NCBI GenBank assembly: GCA_002269645.1
Contig: NIVC01000916.1
Span: 62,001-126,000 of the forward strand
Direction of reading: 5' to 3'
Source of the DNA: Macrostomum lignano
Lineage: Eukaryota
DNA length: 64,000 nt
Part shown: piece by piece, positions 22,758 through 32,670 of the stretch
Layout of the letters: each line of letters starts with the position of its first letter
Position numbering within the stretch: the first letter of the stretch is position 1
Made by a program: the position numbers and the translations under genes
The notes under the pieces: generated by a model
Databases searched by the model: none
The model's input: the letters and a program-made list of their open reading frames with translations, nothing else
Told to the model about the DNA's origin: nothing

Positions 22758-23580
22758 TGAATGCGTTTCTCCCGAATCTGAACTGTGAGCAGAACAGGGC
22801 TGAGTGTCTGGGCAATCAGTGGGCAACCATAGATGTCACGCAGCTGAACTCGAATGCTGTGAAGAAGACTGATTCGTTGAATCGGGAAGAATATTGTTTT
22901 CTTAAATATTTTTGTTTGATAGTTGCCCATTCAATGCCGACTTTCATTCCAACTGTTCTCAACAGGGAGCCCCAGTTGCAATTAGTTGACTCAACGACAC
23001 TGCAGTGTACATTGATTAAGCTGGTGCGCGGGCAGCCAATGCAGTGCTCGGACACGCGGCTCCCTGGCTGGATTTTCACAGCCTGGTTTCCAAATCCCAG
23101 CCAATGCAGAATTTTGCTAGATGGAAGAAACAGCTCTGCTCTCGCAGTGTTGTTGTGCACCACAGTTCGTGAGTTGCGGATTTCGAACTTCATACCAAAT
23201 TCCCTGTTGCCACTACGCCCCATCAGGCCGGACTCATCAGCCTCCATCTCAAATTCCCTGTCACTCATCGCATCAAAGAACAGCGAATCAGAGTTGGCCA
23301 GCAGCTCATTCAGGCGCTCCACCAGCTCCTCCACTCTAGCAAAGCGTCCGGGTTGAAGAACCAGGGCCTCATGCTCTCTTCCATCTGAGACAGTGAAGCA
23401 GTAAGGCTCGTCAACATTGAACCATGCAGCAGGCAGATGGATTTCAGCCAGACCTGCCTCATAGTCCACATTTCGATCCAAGTAAATAGGTGAAGGCAGG
23501 TAAAAATTAAAGTCACTAGGAGTACCTTCAGCATGCTCACTGTTAATCAAAATAGTTCGCATTATAAAGATAAACTTCAT
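22754..23580 (-). pseudogene. Minor capsid (penton, single jelly-roll) protein, frameshift near 22920
   Basis: GTPSDFNFYLPSPIYL...YEAGLAEIHLPAAWFN at the N-terminus and INVHCSVVE..LLRTV. The alternative-frame tail reads FPIQ...IRVQLRDIYG...LTVQIR. Confidence 0.82.
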
Positions 23581-23599
23581 GATGAGGGATGTGCCAAAG

Positions 23600-24626
23600 C
23601 TAAACCTTTCTTAAGTCTTTTTCATCCACCCAGCCAGTCGAGTCGTAGCCCGCCCACTTCACCAGATAGCGAATTTTTCCCTTCCGCTTCTCCGTTTTCA
23701 GAATCTTCCCAATCACATACAGCCGCTGTGAGTCGCTGCATGTCTTTAATCTTGTACATGTAGGGATAACGTTTTGGGGCTCTGCTCACCACGGTGTACA
23801 CCTCCTCACTCCAGCTCGCTTTGTATCCCTTTTTGAATAGCCGTGGAGCATTGGAAATTCTCACTGACTGGTTTTCAGCGAATTTAGGCTTCTTTAATTT
23901 TTCTAGAGTCTCGGCTGCTTTTCCGTCGTACAGGTTCATCCACACTTCAGATTCATTCTCTTTGCAGACACTAGTGGGTGCCATTTTGATGCTTCTGTGG
24001 TAATTATTGTTGTAAGATTTTACCAGCTTAGGCAGCACATCAAGCCAGTGCAGTGTGCTCTTGTAGGTGAAGTAGCGCCACATTCTACTTTTCAGAGTCC
24101 GATTCCATCGCTCAATGACAGCCGCCTTCTGCTCGCTGTTAGTTGGGAAAGCCAGAATCCCTCTGTCAATGCAGTATTGACGGAAAGTGGAGTTGATAAA
24201 TTCCTTCCCCTGATCTGTGCGAACTGTGCGTGGCTGGCGCTTTGAACTTCTCAGTATGCTCTCGAATGCTGACTTCACTTCTGCAGCAGATTTATTTTTC
24301 AGTGCCTTGGCCCAAGCACACTTTGACAGTACGTCAATACATGTGAGAATATATTTGTAGCCTTTATTATACTTTGCGAATGGAATCATTTCTACCAAGT
24401 CAAGTTCCCACTGATCATCGATAGCCCGCACTATGATTGGGGCCCTTGGATATCGCCTTCTAGCTGGCTTGTGTAGGGTGTGCACTGGCTGCTCACTGAG
24501 CCACTGATCTATGCTCTTAGTGGATATGGGATCTCCTCTTCTCCTAACTTCATTCAACAGTTTGGAAGCACTAGAAAAACTAGTAGCCGGCTGTTGTGGG
24601 TCAAAGTAAATTTTTTCCATTCTCAA
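23600..24626 (-). CDS. Retroviral-type (c-)integrase with frameshifted C-terminal chromodomain
   Basis: IYFDP, QWELDL, TDQGKEF and IERWNRTLK form the DDE core. The alternative-frame tail KIRYLVKWAGYDSTGWVDEKDL ends at 23600. Confidence 0.93.
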
Positions 24627-24985
24627 ATGAAAAAGAACCAGATGTACACAGGTATGTTTTTCTTAAGAGCAACGATTGGCGTTTTAAAAGACATTTTTTA
24701 TTCCAATATTAAACTCATACAATGTACACGAGTTATTTTTTAACTCGGGGACTGCGAACAGTTGATGATCTTGAAAAGAAGATTGCAGGAAATAATAGCA
24801 TTGAGTAGTGCAAATAAGTATAAACTGCATGCATTTAAGTATAAATTTGTTTTGTTAACACTTGAATAAATAAAACTAAATGGTTACGACAATTGTCAAA
24901 ACTTAACTTAGCTGAATAAAATTAGACAAAATCAAACCAAACTGAATTATCCATTGAGTCTCATCAGTCTCATCCAACCTCCAGC

Positions 24986-25684
24986 TCAGTCTTCAAAACG
25001 CAGCTTAGACACCTTCATTGTCTCCTGCCTGCGCAGAGGATACGGCAGTTTGCGCTTCCGATTGTTCTCCACTTCAGCGGCATGAGCCCGGAATCGGTAC
25101 CACACCGGATCCTGCTGCAGGTCCGTGTCCTCCGCCCGGATGTTCCCAGTCGATGTGCCGGCTCTGGCCAAAGGTGTGGAAGTCACAGCCTCGATGTCGG
25201 TTGTCATCTCCGATGGTGAGCCGACCTCCTCCTCGCCTTCAGCAGGCTCAGTCTTGACCGGCAGTATGACGGTGGCGTCTTCGTCCTCATCTTCGGATGA
25301 GCTCAGCTCGTACTTCGCCCCCGCGCCTTGGTAGGGCTCTGATAGCTGCTGGTCTATCCAGTCCGAAGTCTGCCACAGCTTCTGCCAGAGCCTCGGAGAC
25401 AGCGGCACGGTGCTGCGCTTCATAAATTCATCGCAGCAGTCCTCAGGCAGCCGCTTCAGCCAGATGAGGCCATCCTTGACTTGAATAAATTTGTCGAAGC
25501 CCAGCTTGATGACCTTGACCTCGTTATTCAGAGCCGACTTCACCAGGGAGCGCTTTAACTCCTTTAGCTTCGTCCACTGCTGCACATTCAGGTTGAAGCC
25601 AGGAACACCAAAACTTCTGATCGCAATGTATTTCTGGCCTTCGAACTCTTGCACCTGCACTCTGTAACCTTCACTAATATCCAT
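24986..25684 (-). CDS. Tandem PC4/Sub1-like ssDNA-binding protein with acidic tail
   Basis: RVQVQEFEGQKYIAIRSF..GFNLNVQQWTKLKE matches the PC4 fold pattern. A second degenerate copy reads KLGFDKFIQV...VPLSPRLWQKL...IDQQL. Confidence 0.72.
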   Translation of the reverse strand: MDISEGYRVQVQEFEGQKYIAIRSFGVPGFNLNVQQWTKLKELKRSLVKSALNNEVKVIKLGFDKFIQVKDGLIWLKRLPEDCCDEFMKRSTVPLSPRLWQKLWQTSDWIDQQLSEPYQGAGAKYELSSSEDEDEDATVILPVKTEPAEGEEEVGSPSEMTTDIEAVTSTPLARAGTSTGNIRAEDTDLQQDPVWYRFRAHAAEVENNRKRKLPYPLRRQETMKVSKLRFED

Positions 25685-25767
25685 AGTTCACACAAAATCA
25701 CTACAAAAAACTTTTGAAATCGAATTCAAGAAAAAATAGATTTACCGTTGAATTTAAAAATCGGGGG

Positions 25768-25775
25768 CTTATATA
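25768..25775 (-). promoter_or_regulatory. Candidate TATA box (TATATAAG) upstream of the PC4-like gene
   Basis: About 85 nt 5' of the ATG at 25684, flanked by GC-rich bases. Confidence 0.45.
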
Positions 25776-25875
25776 CCCTCAAAGCGGAGTGGGGTGGGTG
25801 TCAGAATGAGCACCCACCCCATTTTTTCCTTATTTGGCATCAAGCAGCGGCTGCTCGTCAGCGTCAGCCACACAA

Positions 25876-26386
25876 CCCGTTACAAAGTTTATTGCTCATT
25901 TATTAGCAGCACCAGAGGCAGACACTCAAGACCAGAGCCTCTCTCTCTTATCTATTTCACTCCGCACTGACAAATAGTGCGGCAGAGTTGAACAACTGTT
26001 TTAGAGCTCACCTCTCTGTCCCTGCACAGTGAGAGTTGCATAGGCATGCTATAGGATAAGCACAGTGGGGGACGCCGAGGAGTTGCAATGGCCAGGCACA
26101 AATTGAGGTGGACGTTTCCACGCTATGCCTACCTTGTTTTTAATTTGTTTACTCTGCTATTCCAAAAACCTTCCAATTCTTTGCTTTGCTGCCTGCCTCC
26201 CCAGTGCGGCAGAGTTGAATAAGCGTTTCCTTACCCCGCCAACCAGCCAATCGCACACCCACCCCACGCCCGGCCCTTATTTCCATTGGCTATCTCAGCT
26301 GGCTCTTTTACGCCCTCCTATCCTTTTTACACTGCCGCCTATCTCCGCAGTGCAAGTGCGGCAGAGTTGCATAAACTCATACTACT
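25876..26386 (-). repeat. Polinton right TIR
   Basis: Reverse complement of the left TIR. Ends ...ATAAACTCATACTACT, followed by the TSD CACCAC. Confidence 0.92.
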
Positions 26387-26789
26387 CACCACATTAGATT
26401 CCGTGTGAGTAGTGTGGAGGCATTTCCAAATGCACAGGGCGATTTTAATTAGCTATCTACCAATAATCAAACCAAATTTGACAGGCTGTCTAAAAATCTG
26501 TAATCCATATTCAAAAATAATTTTTTGGCAACAATTTGGCAATACTCGTATGAATAGCAGAGTTCACTGACACTCTTAATTTATATTTTTTTGCTTTAAT
26601 TGAAGACTTGGAAGGCTTTCATCCTGAATATTACAAGCTAATACTATTTGCAGGAGGGCTGCAAAGCTTTCGGCGACAGCGTCTCACAAGCGGAACTGAT
26701 CCAATTCCTCTGAAACCTGAGCACAGACAAGCGCGCGGGTACTGTACGCAGGCACGCACTGATACACACAATCACACAGGATGTACTTT

Positions 26790-29700
26790 CGCAATGGCCG
26801 CTCTGATAACGTTCTTGATGTACTTGTTGACTCGCCCAGTCGTTCTGTTCGCCTCGGGGTGCAGCGGGCAGATCCAGCGATGCTTGATGCCGATCCGGCG
26901 ATGCTTGATGCCGATTTAGTGATACTTGATGCCGATTAAGCGATGCTTGATGCCGATCCAGCGATGCTTGATGCCGATTTAGCGTTGCTTGATGCCGATT
27001 TAGCGATGCTTGATGCCGATTTAGTGATACTTGATGCCGATCAAGCGATGCTTGATGCCGACCCGGAGATGCTTGATGCCGATCCAGCGATGCTTGATGC
27101 CGATTTAGCGATGCTTGATGCCGATTTAGCGATGCTTGATGCCGATTTAGCGATGCTTGATGCCGATCCAGCGATGCTTGATGCCAACCCGGAGATGCTT
27201 GATGCCGATCCAGCGATGCTTGATGCCGATTTAGCGATGCTTGATGCCGATTTAGCGATGCTTGATGCCGATTTAGTGATACTTGATGCCGATTTAGCGA
27301 TGCTTGATGCCGATTTAGTGATACTTGATGCCGATTAAGCGATGCTTGATGCCGACCCGGAGATGCTTGATGCCGATCCAGCGATGCTTGATGCCGATTT
27401 AGCGATGCTTGATGCCGATTTAGCGATGCTTGATGCCGATTTAGCGATGCTTGATGCCGATCCAGCGATGCTTGATGCCGATTTAGCGATGCTTGATGCC
27501 GATTTAGCGATGCTTGATGCCGATTTAGCGATGCTTGATGCCGATTTAGCGATGCTTGATGCCGATTTAGCGATGCTTGATGCCGATTTAGCGATGCTTG
27601 ATGCCGATTTAGCGATGCTTGATGCCGATTTAGCGATGCTTGATGCCGAACCGGAGATGCTTGATGCCGATCCAGCGATGCTTGATGCCAACCCGGAGAT
27701 GCTTGATGCCGATCCAGCGATGCTTGATGCCGACCCGGAGATGCTTGATGCCGATTTAGCGATGCTTGATGCCGACCCGGAGATGCTTGATGCCGATCCA
27801 GCGATGCTTGATGCCGATTTAGCGATGCTTGATGCCGATTTAGCGATGCTTGATGCCGAACCGGAGATGCTTGATGCCGATCCAGCGATGCTTGATGCCG
27901 ACCCGGAGATGCTTGATGCCGATTTAGCGATGCTTGATGCCGACCCGGAGATGCTTGATGCCGATCCAGCGATGCTTGATGCCGATTTAGCGATGCTTGA
28001 TGCCGATTTAGCGATGCTTGATGCCGAACCGGAGATGCTTGATGCCGATTAAGCGATGCTTGATGCCGACCCGGAGATGCTTGATGCCGATCCAGCGATG
28101 CTTGATGCCGATTTAGCGATGCTTGATGCCGATTTAGCGATGCTTGATGCCGATTTAGCGATGCTTGATGCCGATCCAGCGATGCTTGATGCCGATTTAG
28201 CGATGCTTGATGCCGATTTAGCGATGCTTGATGCCGATTTAGCGATGCTTGATGCCGATTTAGTGATACTTGATGCCGATTAAGCGATGCTTGATGCATA
28301 TCCGGCGATGCTTGATGCCCATCCGGCGATGCTTGATATCGATTTAGCGATGCTTGATGCCGATTTGCCACGGGATGATGTATCTGCTAAACAGAAGCCG
28401 GAGATGTAGAAGCACTGCCTCAGCTGATGTTGAGCCGACTATGTCGACCTTGGGAAATTCCAGCCATACTCCGTCCGGAAGGTGAGTCGGTGAGAGCGGT
28501 GGCGGTGCAAGGCTCTTCGGCGATGTCGCTTTACAGGGGAGACAAGACTGGACGAACGCCTGGCAGTCGCTTCTTATCGCTGCAAGCAGGACAAGGCCCG
28601 CAGCTTTCTGTTCTACTTGTCCCACTGACCAGTTCGTAGAGAGCTGCTTGGATCGTGTCGTTCGACACTGAAGTCTCCTGAATTGTTGCGAAGCTCAGTC
28701 CTTTCTGAGTATAGCCGATGGCGATTGCGTTGAGGAAGTGTCAGTCGAGAAGTCCAGGATTGTCCTTTGTCTGCAGTTCAGGCTGTCTACTGAGGACATC
28801 TGCTGGATTCTGTGGCCCTGGCAAACAGATAAAGCTTGAAGTTGAGGTGCTGTACTCTTAAAGTCATCCGTTCGATCCGTGGCGGAGGCCTAGAACCAGG
28901 CTGAAAAAGCGGGACCAATGAACAGTAGTGGGTCATCACTGAAGTGATGACTGTGAGATCTGGACGGTCGATGAGGTAGTGCTAATGGAAAGCCTTTACG
29001 ATGTTGAGCTCGCTGAATACCTTGGAACCCGCTATCTCGTCCGTGATCTCCTTAAAGGTTGGGATGGGCTGCTTTTCTGGCACCGAAAATGAGTTTATGT
29101 CACGCAGGTACTAGCAGATGCGGATGCCCCAGCTCTCTTTCGGGTCGAAAACCAAGCGGAAGACCCACTGTAAAGAGCCGTTGAAGCACTCGATGGTACC
29201 TTGGTCGAGGAGAGACTGAAGTTTTGCGATGACCGCCGACCGCTGGTGGACGGGAAATCTGGAGGGTGGGTGGGCAAAGTGGGACAGCTTCTGGTTGACG
29301 ACGAACGTCACCCTCGTCGTCTTTCACGCACCAAAGGCTTTTAAAGATGAACTGGAACTCACTAAGGAGACTGCTGACGCGGAGTTCAGTTGGGGTTTTA
29401 GTCAAAATCTCTGTACTTGCCCTCGATCTTCAGGTGAATGTTGGCGGAGTTGTGTTGGCGCAGGTTTTTGAGACTGGATAGTGAAGGCCTCCTCGATTAG
29501 CGAATCGTGGTCTATAAAGACCGCCTCAGCTTCTTTGTCCGCTACGGTGTTGATGCTGGAGCTTGTTGGAGGCCTGCGTTGTCAGCATGCTTTGGCGAGG
29601 TGGTTTGGCTTGCCGCATGCCTGGCAGGTTTTGGCTTTTGCTGCATTGCATGAACTGTGTCTGCGCTCACCCCATCGAAAGCAGGTGGTGGGCCTGCTGT

Positions 29701-30320
29701 TTGCTGCGCCGTCAGTGACCCGCTGACCATTCCGTCGCGTTCCGCTGTCTCTAAACTGCTTCGGTGCTGCGCTGTGCACTGCTGCGATGCTACCGGAGTT
29801 TTCGATGGCTGTGGCCTGCTCTTCTGCTGCAAATGCGGGCGCTTGTTTTAACGCATCGCTGAGAGAGATGTTGGACTCCAGAAATCTTTGCCGAATTCTA
29901 TCGGAGCAGCATTTCACCACTTTCTGATCTCAGATAAAGGAGTCATTGGGTGTTAAGAACTCGCTGATTTAAGTCGAAAGTACCAGGAGCTCTCCACTTT
30001 GCTGAACGCAGAGACGAAACTGATAGCGGGCAAATGCGATGTTGCTGAGCTCTTCAACGATGCTGTCTTTCTTATCGATTGGCAGGTCCTTTATGATTTT
30101 CGCGATTTCTCTGCTAGACCGTGTAGGCCAGAAGCTTGCGATGCCTGACGCTTAGACGGAGTCACAAAAATGACCATTTGTTCCAGCGTTTACTGGCATT
30201 CCGTTGATTCGCACTAGTGCTGATGCTCAGGGGTGGCAGTGAGATGTGTTGAACAATAAGTGGCTAGCCAAAGTGGGCTTGGCTTGCAACGCCACTTTAA
30301 AGTCTGAAGACGGCGGTTTA
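26790..30320 (-). mobile_element. Degenerate, internally deleted Gypsy (Mag-like) remnant
   Basis: Gag knuckle CQACGKPNHLAKAC (~29600), RT remnant PIPTFKEITDEIAGSKVFSEL (~29000), integrase CQAFVQSCLPC...DIVG (28344-28625) and GIKHR..PLHPEAN (~26850). Boundaries are approximate. Confidence 0.75.
26871..28367. repeat. 21-bp minisatellite (GCGATGCTTGATGCCGATTTA)n, ~70 copies
   Basis: Direct tandem repeat with variants ATCCA, ACCCG and TTAGT. It has higher-order blocks. Confidence 0.97.
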
Positions 30321-30324
30321 CTGA

Positions 30325-31077
30325 GCGGTTTTCTGAGCGGTTTACTGGGCGGTTGTCTGAGCCCGGCCATTACTGTCAGGCTGTGCACGGATTTCCGTGC
30401 CGGCCTCCAAACGATTCTGCGCGGCCCGACCGTCGCGGCGGACGATGTCACCCGACGCGTCTGGGCTAATATCGCTGCCCTGCCGAGTGGCTGCAAAGTT
30501 CACCTGCAATGGGTGCCGGGTCACGCTAACCTCCCCGGGAACGAAGCGGTTGATAAGATGGCCGGGAGAGCTACCGAGGCTCAGCAACAGCCGAACACCG
30601 TCACCCCTATCACCGCTAGGACTGCCATCAATCACGTTCTCCGAGGTTGGCGAAAAACGCGAGACCACCCACATGCACCCGTATCCGAGCCCGACGCCTG
30701 GCCACGACGATCTCCCGAGATGAAGCCAGGTCACCCTTTGCCAGCTGAGAACGCGAAAATCTCCGCTCACGCGCGACACGCTCCACCGATTCGGCCTCAC
30801 CACTGACGACCGCTGCATTACCTGTGGAGAGTCGGACTCGGTCGAGCATTTGCTCCTTACCTGCCCAGGCTACCACCAGGCTCGCATCCGCACCTGGGGT
30901 GGCATCAGCGTTGATTGGAATACCGTGCTGGGGGGCGAGGGCAGCCTCCTCTGTGACTACCTGCGCAGGGTGGGCCGCCAAGAACCGCCTATCGACGATC
31001 CTGGTGGCAGAGCGGCCCCGACGCGGCCTCCCGCGGGCGGCCGCAGGTCGGAGTGAAGAGAGAGAGAGAGAGAGAGC
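30325..31077 (+). mobile_element. 3' fragment of an RNase H-bearing LINE (I-group-like)
   Basis: LCTD...VHLQWVPGHANLPGNEAVDKMA (RNase H), a C-terminal C..CGESDSVEHLLLTC knuckle, and an (AG)n tail. Confidence 0.8.
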
Positions 31078-32151
31078 AGAATTTCATGTGGTTGTCTGGT
31101 GACAGTAAATTCAGTTTTCAGTCGTATTACTGAGTAGCTCTAATGTGGTCGCTGCAAGTCTAATGCAATAAGGAAAATATCAGGTTTATATCAGCCAGCA
31201 GATTCGGACACTATCCAGTGGAAAAGCACGCCGGTTTTCTGTTTTAGTCTTTCGTCGCGTTGAAAAGTGGTACAGGAATCTTAAAAGTTATTGCTCCCTT
31301 AGAGTAATAGGCCCGGAGATGAGTCCTTTTTGCGCCAGAGGCAGCAGAGGCTATTGCGTCGCACTTCAAACAGCATTGGAATTTGCATTACCGTTCCAAG
31401 CTGATTCGGAGCAACTTGTGTTACCCGCTCGAATCACATGGGCTTAGGGAGATGCTCTCGGGTCCCTTTTGTTACGATGGCAACTGCGGGCTGGGAGGCG
31501 ATTGGGAAAAAGCGGAGCATGAGTTTACATCTATTTCCACGCAAACACCGGTGGCTCAGAAAATTGCAAATTTCTCACCGCTTTTCGGTGAGGTTGCTGC
31601 CAGCTCTTGGCATTGCCGTCTGTTTCACTTCTGTTGTCCCCATCTGAGAAGCAGAAGCCGCTCGCTCCCCTTTCTTGAAATTCTTGTTTTTCAACTTTAT
31701 TTACTCTGCCTTCCATCCTCAACAATGGGCTCCTTTTAGAGCTAAATTTAATACGGCTTCAACCATTTTGCTTGCTCAGTAATTAATACAGAAAAGTAGT
31801 TTTTACGAGTACAAGCGAAGCGCGCTACATTCCGTGTAAGTTCCGTGTAAGCAGTGTCGAGGCAAGAGCGATTTTAATTAGCTGGCTGCCAAAAATCATT
31901 CTACGAGTATTTTCTAAGTGACGTACAAGACGTCTATGATTCTATAATACAAATTCAAAAACAAAGTTTTGGCAACAATTGGGTAAAATGACAGCACAAA
32001 GTTCATTAGCTGACACCGCTTTGATTGAAGACCGAAAGCTTTGATCCTGAATAATGCGAGCCAATCATTTTGCAGGAGGGCTGCGGGCACCCTGGCGCAA
32101 CGCTCTCGGCGACAGCGTCTCACAGGCGACACTGAAGCAATGCAGAATTAA

Positions 32152-32265
32152 GTGTCTTGTTCAAGGACTCAAACTGTTCCGAGTGGGTTAAGAATCGAAC
32201 GCCGACCTTTCAGTCGTGAGTCTGAGGCTCTAACCACTGGACAACAACCCCTCTGGACAATGAAA
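32152..32265 (-). mobile_element. tRNA-derived SINE fragment (second family)
   Basis: The minus strand has an A-box-like GTCCAGTGGTTAGAG and a B-box-like CGTTCGATTC, followed by GTCCTTGAACAAGACAC. Confidence 0.55.
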
Positions 32266-32670
32266 GTAGTTAGGTTGTAGCACGTACAATCACCTCCGGC
32301 ATGTTGCTGACAATGTCTATCACCCCACAATAGAACGGGGCTGCAAGCGTCACCGGTTACAGAGCGGCTCTGCTTCTCTTAACTCGGTTTCGCTCTACAG
32401 CACATTTCGCATCATCTGATGTTCTCTTCGATCGCCTCTGGCAAGGCCTGATGCAGGTCTGGGGTTAGCGGAATGGGATTCCGCACTTTCCCGTTGTGTG
32501 CCTCCGGGACTGCAGCTAAGTCAGGCAAGTCAAGAAGAGAGTTCCAAAAGAGAGTTGGTGTGACCAGCATTTTCGGATCACAGACCGCACAATTGTCAGT
32601 GGCTCATAAGCTCACTACAGTTGTTCCAACAAGCCGTAAAAAGTTATTGCTATTGCACGCATGTTGGTGT

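Larger units (their letters stand above)
4946..26386. mobile_element. Polinton/Maverick element, full length but decayed (~14.0 kb after removing three nested insertions)
   Basis: Termini AGTAGT...ACTACT, long TIRs and 6-bp TSD CACCAC (4940-4945, 26387-26392). Carries pPolB, integrase, ATPase, protease, MCP and penton genes. Confidence 0.96.

Noticed and set aside
26644-28371. 575-aa (RHQASLN)n ORF and opposite-strand (MLDADLA)n ORFs
   Set aside because: By-product of a stop-free 21-bp repeat. The flanks show that the meaningful frame is the integrase frame.
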